From Eledone cirrhosa (taxonomy: Eukaryota), in the NCBI GenBank assembly GCA_964016885.1, contig OZ024745.1:36704001-36768000 (forward strand): a stretch of DNA of 64,000 nucleotides, given 5' to 3'. Made by a program: the position numbers and the translations under genes. Each line of letters opens with the position of its first letter. Position 1 is the stretch's first letter. Below are positions 1-13,383 of the stretch, in pieces. Below the pieces are notes generated by a model. The model saw only the letters and a list, made by a program, of their open reading frames with translations, was not told where the DNA came from and made no database searches.

Positions 1-243
1 TACTTTATTTTATCGACTTCGTAAGGATGACAAGCAAAGTTGACTTCAAAAGGTAAATAGCCGGAGAAAATAATGCTAAGCATTGTCTGAAGCTCTAATG
101 ACTGTTAATTCCCCATCCTAATAGTCATGGTGATAAGGATGGCGGTGATACTGATGTTGATGATGATGGTGGTGGTGATAATGATGCTGATGAGGATGAT
201 GATGATGATGACGATGAGGAGGGGGAGGGGGAGGGGGGGGGGG

Positions 244-281
<38 letters not shown>

Positions 282-1164
282 TTAATGATGGTAGTGGTGG
301 TGATGATAATGATGGATGTCATGATGATGATGATAAAGGTGTTGATTACGATAATGATAATGATGATGATAGTGTCGGTTAAGATTATATAAAGACAATC
401 TAATGAGCGAGAAGATGGCTGCTATCTATTGCGAGTGAAGGAAGGATCTAAGTTTGTGAGCCGCAGATAGATATATCAGAAATAATGATAGCAATCTAAT
501 GTAGAAAGATTGACAGAAAGGTTTACATCAAGAAACAAAATAAATATATATAAATAAATAGATTAGATAAAATTAAAGTAAATATAAAAATTAAAATAAA
601 CAATGCAAAACAAAAAATATAGGGAAGTAAAAAAAAAAAAAGGAAAAAATATGTATAAAAATGCAGACATCAACAGTTCGTGGTTGGGGAGAATAAAGGT
701 GTGAGGTTATGTGTGTGTGTGTGATTATGAGGGTGTGAGGTTGAGTGTATGAGTATGAGGGTGTATGTTTATAAGAGTATATGTATGAGAGTGTGACGGT
801 GGGGGTGAGGGTGAGAAGATGAGAGAGGATAGGTGATGAAGAGGGAGAGGAAGGCGAGGATGAGATGAAGAGAGAGGATGAGTGGTGAGGAATGACACTT
901 GAAAAGATAAATACATACTTTTTTTTTTTTAATCAATAAAAAAATTAAATAAAGTAAAATAAATAGTGAAATGAAACTGCTGCCAAATGTAATATCATGT
1001 TGTCGTTATTGTTGTTGTTGCTGTCATAACATAACACAAACCAGGTAAGCTATCACCTTCGGAGAGCAACGCTGTAGGGATATGTTGTATTCACATACAC
1101 ACAGATGCGTGCATACACACACATACATGTATATATACACACACACACACAAACATACATGCAT

Positions 1165-1211
<47 letters not shown>

Positions 1212-1281
1212 ATTATATATGTATATATATATGTATATATATGTATTTATATATACGTATATATATCTATATATATATATA

Positions 1282-1346
<65 letters not shown>

Positions 1347-2807
1347 GTTGGTGGGAGTTTGGTTATGTGTGTGTATATATATGTATGTAAGTAGGTGATC
1401 ATTTGTTTTAGTGTTTGTATGTGTATATGTGTGCAGGTGTGTAGGTGTATGTTACGTTTTGTGTTGTTTCTAAAACATTTCCAACAGATTATATTTCAGA
1501 ATAAATTTCGCAACTAGCGCAAAAAAGGTAAAAAAAAAAAATAAGACCTTTGTAGAAAAGTTTAGTCAATTTAATATAAATTATGCAACTTTTATAATAG
1601 AAATGCTTTTAAAATTTTCGTCTTATTTTAAATAATTTTTCGCACAGCAAAATATAAAAAATAAAAAAAATTAGAAATAAAAATCAACAACAAAACAACT
1701 ACAACAAATTTGGCTCTTTCATGCATGATTTGTTAATGCGAATATATTCAATGTTGTGTGAAATAATAAAAGATTATGATTTTGAAAGTTTGTGGATAAT
1801 AATTATTATTATGGTTTTTCATGAGATTTAACATGCCGAATTAATGTTGTATTGTGTGAACATTTCATTTTTGAAAATACGTTTTAACATATTGTTAAAT
1901 AAAAAAGAAAATGTTCCGCTTTGTGTTCAGCTCCTTATTATACACGAAACCCTTGCATTTATCTATCTATAAAACTTCAGTTCTTTGCATATTGAAACCT
2001 ATTAACAACTGTGAAAAAAAAAGAAACAAAAAATATTGTGTATGTATAGATCAGAGATTCTTTTATACCATAATGACAGAAGCCAAGGGAACGAGCAGTG
2101 TATAAAGAAAGGCTCACGACATTTAGTTACATCTCCGTGTACAGTTATATTCTGAGTTCCAATAAAGCTGGGACGACTCCATATTTCTTATTTTTCTCGG
2201 ACAGATCTAATCACTGGTCTCTTCTTTCCAAATTCCACATCAAATTTGTGGCTTTCTGTTTCAGTCAGAAATAACAGACTTTTAAAGAAAAAATAATGTT
2301 CGGTTTTTGTGATTTGTTCCTTATTTTGAACAAAACTCTTGTATTTATCCCTCTATAAATTTCAGTGTTTGCATATTTAAACCTGTTAATAACATAACGA
2401 GGGAAACCGCGAGAGCAATCGGCATATAATGCTTCATCAACATTTAGTTATATATGGCAGTTTAGTTGCGTTTTGACTTCAAACTCCACCCGGAAAAATT
2501 GTCTTTATATCCTTCTCGATTACTTTCTTCCAACTCCTCATCCATATGATCAAATTAAAAATCCTTTTAGTTTTGATACAGGTTCTGGCGGGTTACAATT
2601 AGTAGAACTGGATACAGAAGAATATTGCTATTAGTTGCTTCAGGTGAACAAATGCTACATGTGTAATAATAGAAGGAGCCAAAAGAAAAACAGTGCGTCT
2701 CTATCTTAACAGTTCGTTGAAATCTGTTGGTGATTGAACGTTTGGTTATAATCTAAATGACCTACAGTAGGATTTGGTCTAGGATATTAGTGTATGTAGA
2801 AGCAGTA

Positions 2808-5259
2808 CAGTGAGTCCTCGATATACGGTATATATGCGTTCCTGAAACCCTTATCGTATATCGAATTCAATGAAATAGATAGGGATGCGTTCCAGCACAT
2901 CGAAAAAGTCATCCCTACAGAAAAGAAATAATGTTTTTTTTTTATTTACTGTACCTTACACATGCCGCGTAGTTCATCAGATGATGTGCCACTTCATTTG
3001 TCCCTCCCGAGATTAAGGGACAGTATGGGTTTCAGCCCTTACTCATCTTGGGCTGAGTTGGCAGGGGAGAATGAGGGTGATGTGGGAAGCTCAAAACCAA
3101 CAAACTCGTTGACTGCAGTGGATGTTGAAGGGCCAGCTGAAACACGGTTGGCAGGTGTGACTGGCTTGAAGAAAGAGTAGATGGAGGACTGTTTGGCAGT
3201 GTTTCTTTTGGCTTCATACATTTCTTGGTAAATCTTAACGCTTTTCTCGACGTCTTGAGCCACTTTGCTGCTCCTAGCAGGGTTGGGGTCACGCTCCTTC
3301 AGGGTTTCTAAGATTGTTTTGATACTCCTGAGACATTCTCTTAGAGTTTTTATGTCCAAGCCACGCACAGGTTCTTCGTCCTCCTCTTCTTCTTTTTCTG
3401 TCTCCTGTATCGCCTTGTCTAGTTCTATGAGTTCATCATTGGATAGTGGTTCAGCGTGGCTTTCCAAAAGGTCTTGCACATCATCATCATTAACACCATC
3501 GAAGCCAGCTCTATGGCAGAGATTTAAAAAATCTTTTTTTCTCGCACCAATGTCCTCAGCAAAGCCTTGGAAGTCATTCACACATGTTGGCCATAATTTC
3601 TTCCAGGCCATGGTAGACTGCTTCACTTCTTCCCAAGATGCCTTGATGTTGTCTAAGCCGTGCTTGATGTTGTACAATTTCCACCATTCCCTGATCGTGG
3701 GCTTGTCAGGCCCATTTGTGCCCTTTATCAGCTGCTGCATGGTTCTCCGCTGGTAGTATGCCTTAAATGTTTTGATGACTGTTTGATCCATCGGCTGAAT
3801 GAGAGCTGTGGTGTTGGGGTGGGGGGGGGGGAGAAACAAAACCTCAATATTTTCTGACCAGTCTTCCATTACCCGTGGGTGGCTGGGGGCGTTGTCCACT
3901 AATAGCAGAAAACGGTTGACAATGTTGTTATCTAATCCATATTCCTTAAGGGTTGGTGACAGATATGAGGTGAAAAAATCCTGGTGAATTGAAGTTATCA
4001 GCCATGCCTTCTTATTAGACTTCCATATCACTGGTAGATATTGCTTAAGTAACCCCTTGAGTACTCTTGGAGTTTCAGAATGGTAGATAATGAGTGGCTT
4101 TAGCTTTAAATCTCCTTCTGCATTCCCTCCAAGTAACAGAGTAACGCGGTCCTTTGAGGCTTTGAAACCCTTCGCACTTTTCTCCTCCTTGTCAATTACT
4201 GGTATTACTGGTTATCTTTTTCCAATAAAGTCCTGTTTCATCATAGTTAATAACCTGCTATTTTCTGTACCCCTTCTCTGCAATGCATTTCTCTAACTCT
4301 GCCTTGAATTTTTCAGCACTCTCTTTGTCGGAACTGGCAGCCTCACCTGTAATTTTTATGTTGTCAAGACTCGAACGTCGTTTGAACTTATCAAACCAGC
4401 CTTTGCTTGCCTTGAATACAAAGTCCTCCACCCCAATTTCAGTCTTGAGCCTGTCAATAATGGACAATGCTTTCTCACTGATTACATTTAAAGACAGACA
4501 CATATTTTGATGATTTTGGTCGTCGATCCAAATTTTGAGCATCCTTTCCATCCTATCCATAATCGGCTCACGATGTTTGGTCAACAATTTACTCTGTAGA
4601 CTCGTAACATTCTCCCCAACTTTTTTGACAGTCTCACTATTTTTTAAAACAGTCCAGACTGTAGACTGAGCTAGGCCTAAGTTACGACATATGGCGGACG
4701 TACCTCGCACCTGTTCATTCCTTTTCAAAATGTCCAGCTTTATCTCCAAAGTCAGGCTCTTCTTCATGCGTTTGGCCTTTCCATCTGCATCAGCAATATT
4801 CGCAGGACGTTTTGGGGCCATGAGATATGGGGTTATAAGATATGCCGTGATAATTATGCTCCAAAAACATGCCGTCAGGTTTTCTCTTACTTTGAATAAC
4901 GTCATAACTCTTAACTGATCACTTCAGTTCGGCAAAAATTATCTCACTGAGAGGACACGCTAGTTGTCGATCGATATCTGAACTCGCTCGTGATTGGCCA
5001 GTTTCTCGATAAGGTCAGTTAGTACGATAGCAGTACTAACACAATTTTCCTAGAATTCGAATAGCAGTCAGTTTCCACGAATTCAAGGGGAATTTATTGC
5101 TTACTACAGGTGGCGCTACGGTACAATATAAACAAAACACGACCAAAAACCGTATCTGTGAATTTTTTTTACCGTAAATAGAACTGATGGTAGTAATTAC
5201 CCAAAACCGTATCTGTGAATTTACCGGATAAAGAACTACCGTATATCGAGGACCGACTG
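2808..5259 (-). mobile_element. Full-length Tigger/pogo-family DNA transposon (~2.45 kb)
   Basis: 23-bp TIRs CAGTGAGTCCTCGATATACGGTA (2808) and TACCGTATATCGAGGACCGACTG (ends 5259), 21/23 match. TA target duplication on both sides. Internal transposase. Confidence 0.95.
3039..4821 (-). pseudogene. Tigger transposase (CENP-B-type HTH plus DDE_1), frameshifted near 4200-4260
   Basis: MAPKRP...LTLEIKLDILKR HTH; FKASKGWFDKFKRR; KASKDRVTLLLGGNAEGD; LLLVDNAPSH; NTTALIQPMDQ; C-terminal KQSSIYSFF PIP-box-like motif. Split across two ORFs. Confidence 0.92.
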
Positions 5260-5583
5260 TATCTATCTGTGGATGTGAGCAACACTAGCCAAAATATTGA
5301 GGGTAGAAGTCTGATGTTTAAAATATTTCTATTTAATATTATGAGCAGGGAACAAATGGAAGATTTCATTATAATTTTGAATGTTAATTCTATTTTCATT
5401 AACATCGTTTTACTCCGCGCCTTACTTGTTATTTTAATTATACTGGTGTCTTGAATTGACATAAGGATTCGAGTTTAGCGGAATAGAAAAGTCAATTAAA
5501 TTCACTTAAGTACTTAATTTGTAGATTATGTTATCGATTCAAACAGGAATAAATCCAAATTTGATCCGTAATGGATGTGAACT

Positions 5584-6330
5584 CTTCTTCTTCTTCTTCT
5601 TCTTCTTCTTCTTCGCCCACTTATTTCTGGGAGGGTAGTGGGGGCAGGGTTCTCAATCACTCCATCAGCTGGTCCTGTCGGAAGCTACCGTCTCCAACTG
5701 ATTCAGCTGGATCCCCAACCAAAGCGAGACCAGCCAAGCTCATGGATATTATCCAACCATTCTGCTTGGGGTCTTCTTCTCCTGGTCTCCTGCCGGTTGG
5801 TTCTTGCCCGTAAAATCTCTCCAAAGATTCTTTCATAAGATATTCTAACCACATAGCCATAGTATTGGAGCAGTGATCTTTCAATTCGGAGAAGTAGCGG
5901 CTCTGTCTAGTGGGACTCTCTCATCTCCGAGTAACGTTACTCAAGACCCTTCGGAGGAACCCCATTTCGACCGTTTGTATTCGCGATCGTATTCTTTCGG
6001 TCATTACCCAAGATCTATGACCATAGGTAATGGTTGAAACGAATACCCAATTGAAGATAGCGAGTTTGGTTTTTACACATACCTCCCTTCTTCTGGTGAC
6101 CGAATGCTGAAGCTGGTGCATTACTGCACCAGCTCCCGCAAATCTTAATTCAGCCTCCTGCTTTCCATCACTCGTGAACAAAACCCCGAGATACTCGAAC
6201 TTCTCAACCTACTTCAGTGGAACTCCATTCACATATAGCGTAGGCTTCCTTGAGATAACGAGTGTTTCAATTTTCGCAGCACAGATTTTCATTCCAGCCA
6301 TGCAGAACACGACATCAAACCTATCTCGAA
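5584..6330 (-). mobile_element. RTE-clade LINE 3' fragment with (GAA)n tail
   Basis: Decayed RT C-terminus (TITYGHRSWVMTERIRSRIQTVEMGFLRRV). (TTC)n at 5584-5612 is the 3' tail. Related to 21400-22080 and 33725-33975. Confidence 0.85.
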
Positions 6331-6661
6331 ATTTTAAAAGCTAGATCAAATATCGCAAAGGTTTTGGGGCCGTCAGTTATATCAATGTACCCAGTTCAGG
6401 ATCTGTGGTGTATTTGAAGAAAATTCATGAACTCTTACCAAGTCAGTCTCTTAGGCTGAGTTTCGGAAACGTTGCCTTTTTCAATAACAGTACAATGTAT
6501 GCAACGGGCTTTCAAACATTTTCCGTCACAACTTTCTGTCGAATAGTGACTATGTTAAATAACAATTACCTAAGATGACAATTCGAGACTGCACGATTGC
6601 GAAGCAAACTTTTTAGTCATTCTGCTATGTTATGTCCATAAATAATCATTATCATTGACAA

Positions 6662-7008
6662 GGGTGGTGTATTGGCAGAATCATTAAGGCGACGGACCGA
6701 AAACCGCCTTACGGTATATAGTTATGACGTTTTAAGTAGTACTAGGAGGAGCAGATGTGTACTAGAGATAGAAGGAAGGGGTTAGGAAGGTACAATAATT
6801 GATGATCATGTCAATCAGGTTAGCCGAGAAGGTGACCATACAATGCTGATCATGTCATTCAAGTGTTTTGAGCCGGAGTAACAGAGCTGAGTTCATAAAT
6901 CCTGTCAAGGTTAACTTTGCCTTTCATCCTTACGGGGTCGATAACATAAAGCACCAGTAATGCACTGGGGTAAATGCTGGCCTTGTGCCAAAAGAAGAAA
7001 CAATTATT
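6662..7008 (+). mobile_element. tRNA-derived SINE copy interrupted by ~140 bp of unrelated sequence
   Basis: GGTGGTGTATTGGCAGAATC head, core GGTTAACTTTGCCTTTCATCCTTACGGGGTCGATAA and tail GCTGGCCTTGTGCCAAAAG shared with other copies. Confidence 0.75.
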
Positions 7009-7414
7009 ACACCATTGATATATAACATTGATATTATATGGCAGTGTACTTGGCCAATTCATCTGGAGTCTCTCGATGTAAAACTGAATATTTTTGCTCA
7101 TTAGTTCTCAGAAACTGTTGCATTTAAATAAATATGCTAATTTCTTTATCTCGAATTAAAATATTTCTTACATGTAGTTTTATACAACATACAGTTAAAA
7201 AAATTTTATGTTGCTTACGAAAGTTTTACTGAAAATACACTTGAAAGAAATTAGGCACACTTATAAAGATGATCTTTCAACCTTCATATATTACATAAAA
7301 GTAACGTGTCTTAGTACTTAGGATAAGTATTACAGCGTGTGTAACAGAATGAATGGTACGCTTTTAATGTATCGAGTTTACGACCACGTTTCGATTCTCG
7401 CTTGACACATCTTT

Positions 7415-7505
7415 ACACTATTGAATTTGCACATGACACTATTGAATTTGCACATGAGAGAAATTTGCACATGAATCCCTTGGCACTATTGAATTTACAC
7501 ATGAG
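7415..7505. repeat. Short minisatellite (CACTATTGAATTTGCACATGA), about 4 partial copies
   Basis: Directly visible tandem copies. Confidence 0.8.
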
Positions 7506-9088
7506 AAAAAGCATAAACGTGACAGGATCCCATTTTTTTAAATCAAATAACTTATTTTTAATATTGTAAACAAAGTCTTCTCGAAATCGAGTTGAGGCAT
7601 AGTGTATTAGAATTTATAGAATAACGAGTAAAACTCAACGCAAGAATAGTTCCCAAAACAGTGAAATGCCGTCAATGACGGCGTCGGGTAAAATTCCACC
7701 TCAAAGGACAGGAATCAACGGCTAGGAGTGGGTTGGCCTGCAGAACTGATAGAAAGAGAGTAGCAAAGAAAGAAAATGAAAATGAACGAGACAAGATCAC
7801 GATGTATGCGTGATAAAACAAACAAATTAGATAGATAGATAGATCGGAGGGAGAGAAGTAGGATGCGTGCGTTCATCACCAAGTCGTCGCTGGAATAGAC
7901 AACAAGCCCTAGCGCAGCGGAAGTGACAAACAAGATTGACCAGTAAGAGAAGGAGGAAGGGAAGAAGCTTCTTCTTCTCTTCCCCCTTCAGATTTGATTA
8001 TTTGAGCTCGGCGGGATTTGAGCTCAGAATGTAAAGAACCAGAACACATACTGCAGTGGCATTTTACAAATCACCATCCCATCAAACATCATTTACTAAA
8101 TACCGAAGCGAGGCCTCCTATTTTATCAGATAGTCATCAATACTTAAATGCCTCTTATTCATCGATCCTCACAATGATGAAAGGCACGGCCGTCCACACC
8201 AGGATTTGAGCTCAGGACGCAAAAAGACACAAGCAACACGAATAAATACTGCATGATGATTTGTTCTTTATGACACTGAGTGTATTCTGCTAATACACCA
8301 CACTAAGCATTCATTAAATATTTATAGCAACATTTATAACGTACATATTTTCTTTGTTTGAAATTCTACTACAGCAGTCTTCATCATGTTTCTATATATC
8401 TAATATGTGTTTCGCTGCTTCACAAACCCTTGCTATCGGCTAATGAAATATCGCTACAGACAATTTTTTAAAATAATGCGTACTTTACATTCCAAATCAT
8501 TCTATAAACCGGTTTTCGTTGCCGAGGAAACTGCAGCATCCCAAAATATACCTTTAGGGTGTTAAAATATTTTATTCATCTCCAGTTTTAAATATAGAAA
8601 CGTTATTTGGATTTTTTTTTTTTTAAACAAATAAGGAATTTTCAAACTGAAACGTAATACTTTATGAGAATATTATAAGTTGAACAATAAATATGATGTA
8701 TACACAAAAGATAGTCACGCTTTGAAAGGTGAATGTTAAGAATGTTTACATATATATAGAGAGAGGAGGGGAGAGATGTATATGTGTGTGTGTGTTCTCT
8801 GTGTTTATGTATGTATATATATATATATATATTATCAATGTCTATATATATGCATGTACATGTGTATTAATTGTATTAACAGTTAGTCTTATTTATAAAT
8901 TATTAGTGGTTGTAAACACGTAAACATCAGATGCCTTTAAATAAGTGATAACAAAATAGTAAATACATTCTATATTCATATTATCAAGGATATGTTGATT
9001 ACTCTTTTCTTTTGTTCGTACCCGCACCTCCACGCCGCTGATGATCATTTTGTTCCGTCCTAGAGACTTATACGCCCTGTTATTATTA

Positions 9089-9278
9089 GCGGTGAATTGG
9101 TAGTATCGGTAGAGGGTCGAGCGCCATACTTTCCAGCATAGTTACGTCCCTTTACGGTCTGAGTCCAAATGCCGTCGAGGTTAACTTTGCCTTTCATCCT
9201 TACGGGGTCGATAAAATAAAGTACCAGTAATGTACTGGGTTATTGCTGGCCTTGTGCCAAAAGTAGAAACAATTATTA
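9089..9278 (+). mobile_element. tRNA-derived SINE (abundant family, ~190 bp)
   Basis: A-box-like TGGTAGTATCGG, B-box-like GAGTCCAAATGCC, conserved core and 3' AAGTAGAAACAATTATT. Confidence 0.88.
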
Positions 9279-9397
9279 GACTGCATAAATATTTCGTATC
9301 TCCAAAGAAATACAGTTTTAGGAAGCAGTAGCTATGCAAACACCGGGGGGGGGGGGCTAACGCCCCCTGTTGATGTCCAGCAGAAGCAAGGGGGAAA

Positions 9398-9441
9398 ACC
9401 GTCTATGCATTTCAGGCTTAACTGGCCTTCGTCAGGACGGT
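9398..9441 (-). ncRNA. Minimal type I hammerhead ribozyme (intact core)
   Basis: Minus strand: ACCGTC-CTGACGA-AGGC-cagttaa-GCCT-GAAA-TGCA-TA-GACGGT. Stem I 6 bp perfect, stem II 4 bp perfect, palindromic ATGCAT stem III. Confidence 0.85.
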
Positions 9442-9516
9442 CTCTCATTTACACAGACGAGAAAACTATATATTCTCGCCTGTCTTCTAGTCTAGCAGTC
9501 GCAAGCGGTGGGAGGG

Positions 9517-9560
9517 ACCGTCCTGACGATGGCCAGTTAAGCCTGAAATGCGTAGACGGT
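9517..9560 (+). ncRNA. Minimal type I hammerhead ribozyme (mirror copy, two substitutions)
   Basis: ACCGTC-CTGACGA-tGGC-cagttaa-GCCt-GAAA-TGCG-TA-GACGGT. Confidence 0.75.
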
Positions 9561-9847
9561 TGTTCCCTTTGCTTCTGCTGGTCATCACAAGAGGGCGTTA
9601 GCCCCCGGTGTTTGTATAGCTACGGCTTCCTAAAACCGTATTTCTTTGGAGATACGAAATATTTATACAAATTGTATAAAGCTATGCTTGAAGCGAAATC
9701 CTATTTCTTTTATATATATATATATATGTAAATGTGAAGACTTTGAGGGCGGCTGACCAAGGTGAAATCAGCTAGTTGGTCAGTCGACTTCTCTGTCTCT
9801 GATTTTTCGGACCCATGGTTTTTACATATTCCTTTGTTATATTTCGA

Positions 9848-9905
9848 ATACTTGATGATATCACCGGATTCATATGGAACCTGGTCATTGAAATGATCAT
9901 AGTAT
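9848..9905 (+). ncRNA. Degenerate type I hammerhead ribozyme
   Basis: ATAC-TTGATGA-[imperfect ACCGG..TTC/GAA..CTGGT stem II]-GAAA-TGATCA-TA-GTAT. Palindromic stem III ATGATCAT. C3>T change. Confidence 0.55.
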
Positions 9906-9954
9906 AATAAACCTTTCAAGGATTTACACCACTCCAGCCTCCTGTTATTTTATT

Positions 9955-10101
<147 letters not shown>

Positions 10102-10190
10102 TACTACTTTCGTTATTATTGTTGTTATTTATTTTCGCATTCCAACGTATTTTCGTGAAACATTTTTCTAGCTCTGCCATACATTCAGTC

Positions 10191-10255
<65 letters not shown>

Positions 10256-10327
10256 CATATATATATAAAAATAACAGATTAAAGTTTAAGCAAAGAATCC
10301 CTTAACGGGATCTTCTTTGGACTTTAG

Positions 10328-10350
10328 TCTTCACATTTATTATTATTACT

Positions 10351-10446
<96 letters not shown>

Positions 10447-10469
10447 AGTAATAATAATAAATGTGAAGA
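10328..10469. repeat. Perfect palindrome centred on (TA)n
   Basis: TCTTCACATTTATTATTATTACTATACAT-(AT)n-ATGTATAGTAATAATAATAAATGTGAAGA. Confidence 0.9.
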
Positions 10470-11107
10470 TATATATACTAGCAGAAGTATCCATTGTTTC
10501 CTGGATTAAAGAAAATAATGAAATTTCATTCAAATCTTTTTCTAGGGTATATTTGAAATCTCAATTGTCTTTAGTGGTTAAACATTTATTGTATAACCAA
10601 CAATATATTTGTAGAAAAATATAAAACATTGCTTGATTAAGCAATGCAACAGACCCATATATCATTGGAGGTGCAGAGGCCTATAAAGGATTGCCAGTAA
10701 CTAAATTTTAAACAGCTACAATGAAATTGTATCAGTGATTAGGTTAGTGGGAAGACGAAAATGTTCACAGCTGACGAAATTAATTGAAAGTGGGTGTAAT
10801 AGTTTTCAGAATTGTAATTGTCTGCTCAAACTAGAGCAAAAACTGTTATTTTTTGGTCTCCAACTTTTTATCGCAAGAACCGCGACCTGGTGGCAGACAC
10901 AATTCCACTGTTACTTAAAATAATAGATTTTATAGGTTTTTTTTTTAGATACCTAACTGTTGTTTTCGCATGTTATTGCTTTAGTTTCAACACACGGTTT
11001 CAAAGTTAATTACCAAAAATGTACAACACTGTAATATATTCTGTTTTCAAAAAAGAAACCAATCAAGAAGCCATTAACCTCAGTATTTCTTATTTAGTTA
11101 GAATAAT

Positions 11108-11292
11108 TAATTGTTTCTACTTTTGGAACAAGGCCAGCAATTATCCCAGTGTATTACTGGTACTTTATTTTATCGACCCCCGTAAGGATGAAAGGCAAAG
11201 TTAACCTCGGCGGGATTTGAACTCAGACCATAAACGGCCGTAACTCTTTGCTGCAAAGCATGGCGTCCGACCCACTACCGATACTCCCAATC
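11108..11292 (-). mobile_element. tRNA-derived SINE
   Basis: Reverse complement of the 9089 family (ATCGACCCCCGTAAGGATGAAAGGCAAAGTTAACCTCGGCGGGATTTGAACTCAGA). Confidence 0.88.
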
Positions 11293-11802
11293 CTTAATAG
11301 CAAATAACGGCAACTAATCTCTATAAATAAAACAAGTCTAGAGCCCTTTTTGTTCTATGAACATGTTTCCTTCAAACATCAGATAAAGAAAGTGACAATT
11401 GTATGGACTTACAGTTATCGATTCTTCCTCTATATCTCTTTCTCATTTCCATCCTGCACTATCTATCCTTCTCTGGAAGAAATCTGCTGTATTCAGACAT
11501 GGAAATGAGATGGTCTCCGCCAGGTTTTAAAATGCCCTAGAAACACCGTTTGTAAATACGGGAATTATGGAAGCATTCATGCATGCATACTGTTATGTTG
11601 TGCTTAATTTGTTTTACACTTTAATTGCTTTCAGTCATTAGATAGCGGCCATGCTTGGGCACTATCGTAAAAGTATTTTATCATATCAAGCCACTACTTA
11701 TTTTAATCAGGTCTGGTACTTATTTAATCGATCACTTTTTGTCAAATCACTAAGATCTGGGCCATAAGACAAACATGCAGACATACCCACATACATAGAT
11801 AT

Positions 11803-12383
11803 ATGGTGGCTGCCAACTCGTTTTCGAGTACGTCCACTACTTTATATCCATGTAGGAGAACCTCTACCGATGCATTAAACGAGTGTGACTTTTTAGTCCA
11901 GCCAGCGACTTGAAAACTCTAGTACAAACACTACACTTGTGACAATTATTGACACATAGTGCTGGGCCCATGGTACCATGTGATGACAAGTGCAGAGAGA
12001 TCTCCAGATATAAAGCAATGCCTGTGTCGTGAAGCTTTTATAGTGAGCAAAGGCACTGCACAAAGCCAGTCCCACTCTCTTAACCAAGATGATATTTACC
12101 AAAAAGAAGAACAAGTTAACATCATTGGATATCATCAGGGTTGCAGGTGTTATATCAGAGTTTTCCTTCTCCTAGAATTCTGCCTTGACAAAGGCTAAGG
12201 GGTCATCTCTCCCGGTGATTTTGGATGGCATTGACTCTTAAGAGCACCTTTGCCCTTTGACAGGTTTTGTTTTTAGTCCTGCAGGATGTCCAAAGTCACC
12301 TGCAGGATGTCCAAAGTCACCCTCCTCACCAAGAAACCTTGGTGGGTTGCCAGTTTAGTCGCCAACGACCCGACCATGGGACA
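11803..12383. mobile_element. ~570-bp non-autonomous interspersed repeat, possibly derived from an RTE 5' UTR
   Basis: Near-identical reverse-complement copy at 50165-50733 and partial copy at 54198-54490. Internal 20-bp tandem duplication at 12279-12322. Confidence 0.8.
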
Positions 12384-12459
<76 letters not shown>

Positions 12460-12603
12460 ATAAATATACATATATATATATATGCCCAGAGGTTTCACCT
12501 TGTGTTCAACAAGCCGTTTCAAGACTGTGATCTAACCCGCTCTGCATCTCCCCATTCATTGAGTACTCCCATGATTAGTTGTCTCGTCAGTCTCAGCACC
12601 ACA

Positions 12604-12637
<34 letters not shown>

Positions 12638-12907
12638 TCCTTATAATATATAACCACCAATTTCTCTGTCTGTCTGTCCGACAGTGGAAACACGTGCGCG
12701 CGTGGTTGCTATCTCTCTCTCTCTCCAGCTATCCCTCTCTTTTAATCTGTCTGTTTCTCTCACTCTCACTCTTTCTCTTTGTAACACACTAACATTCCTC
12801 CCCTCTATCGAATGGGGAGATGGAGGGGGGGGGGGGGAGTCACTTCATCACTTCACCTCTGCCTTTCTTTCTCTCCCCTCTCACTCCCTCATTACGTACA
12901 GACATTA

Positions 12908-13100
12908 GGGCGGTGGATTGGCAGAATTTGTAGAGAGTCGGACACCATGCTTCATAGCATGAAGTTACGTCCCTTTACGGTCTGAGTTCAAATACCGCCG
13001 AGATTAACTTTGCCTTTCATCCTCACGGGGTCGATAAAATAAAGTACCAGTAATGTACTGAGTAATTGCTGGCCTTGTGCCAAAAGTAGAAACAATTATT
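12908..13100 (+). mobile_element. tRNA-derived SINE
   Basis: GGGCGGTGGATTGGCAGAA...GAGTTCAAATACCGCCGAG...GTAGAAACAATTATT. Confidence 0.88.
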
Positions 13101-13312
13101 AGAAACATTGCTTCATTTGTACATATCTAAGCATTAGTAAAATAACTAATATTGTCAAAAGTAATTTTTCAATTCCAATTGTTATGAACAGAAAAACATT
13201 AATAATAATTTTGTTCTAAGAAATAAATATACATTTCTGTGTGTGTAATATATATATACACACACAGAAATATATATATATACACACAGAAATATATATA
13301 CATTTCTGTGTG

Positions 13313-13383
<71 letters not shown>

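Larger units (their letters stand above)
9282..9669. mobile_element. Inverted-repeat mini-element (arms ~160 bp) with a hammerhead ribozyme in each arm, probably a Penelope-like inverted pLTR pair
   Basis: 9282-9447 is the imperfect reverse complement of 9510-9669, with a ~60-bp spacer. Confidence 0.8.

Noticed and set aside
971-1050. Possible small exon ending CCAG|GTAAGC
   Set aside because: Only a donor-like motif within a (TTG)n repeat, with no supporting downstream exon.
3265-3756. Plus-strand ORFs over the Tigger element and minus-strand ORFs over the RTE
   Set aside because: Antisense shadows of TE coding sequence.
9089-9180. tRNA genes suggested by A/B-box motifs
   Set aside because: These are SINE heads and no cloverleaf forms.
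11350-11392. Hammerhead-like string on the minus strand (TTAT-CTGATGT..GAAA-CATG-TTC-ATAG)
   Set aside because: A9 is missing and stem II is absent, too degenerate to call. The same applies to ~14960-15000.
11959-12198. Near-identical 79-aa ORF recurring at 50340 and 54354
   Set aside because: Identity reflects recent repeat copies. It has a non-ATG start and no recognisable domain.
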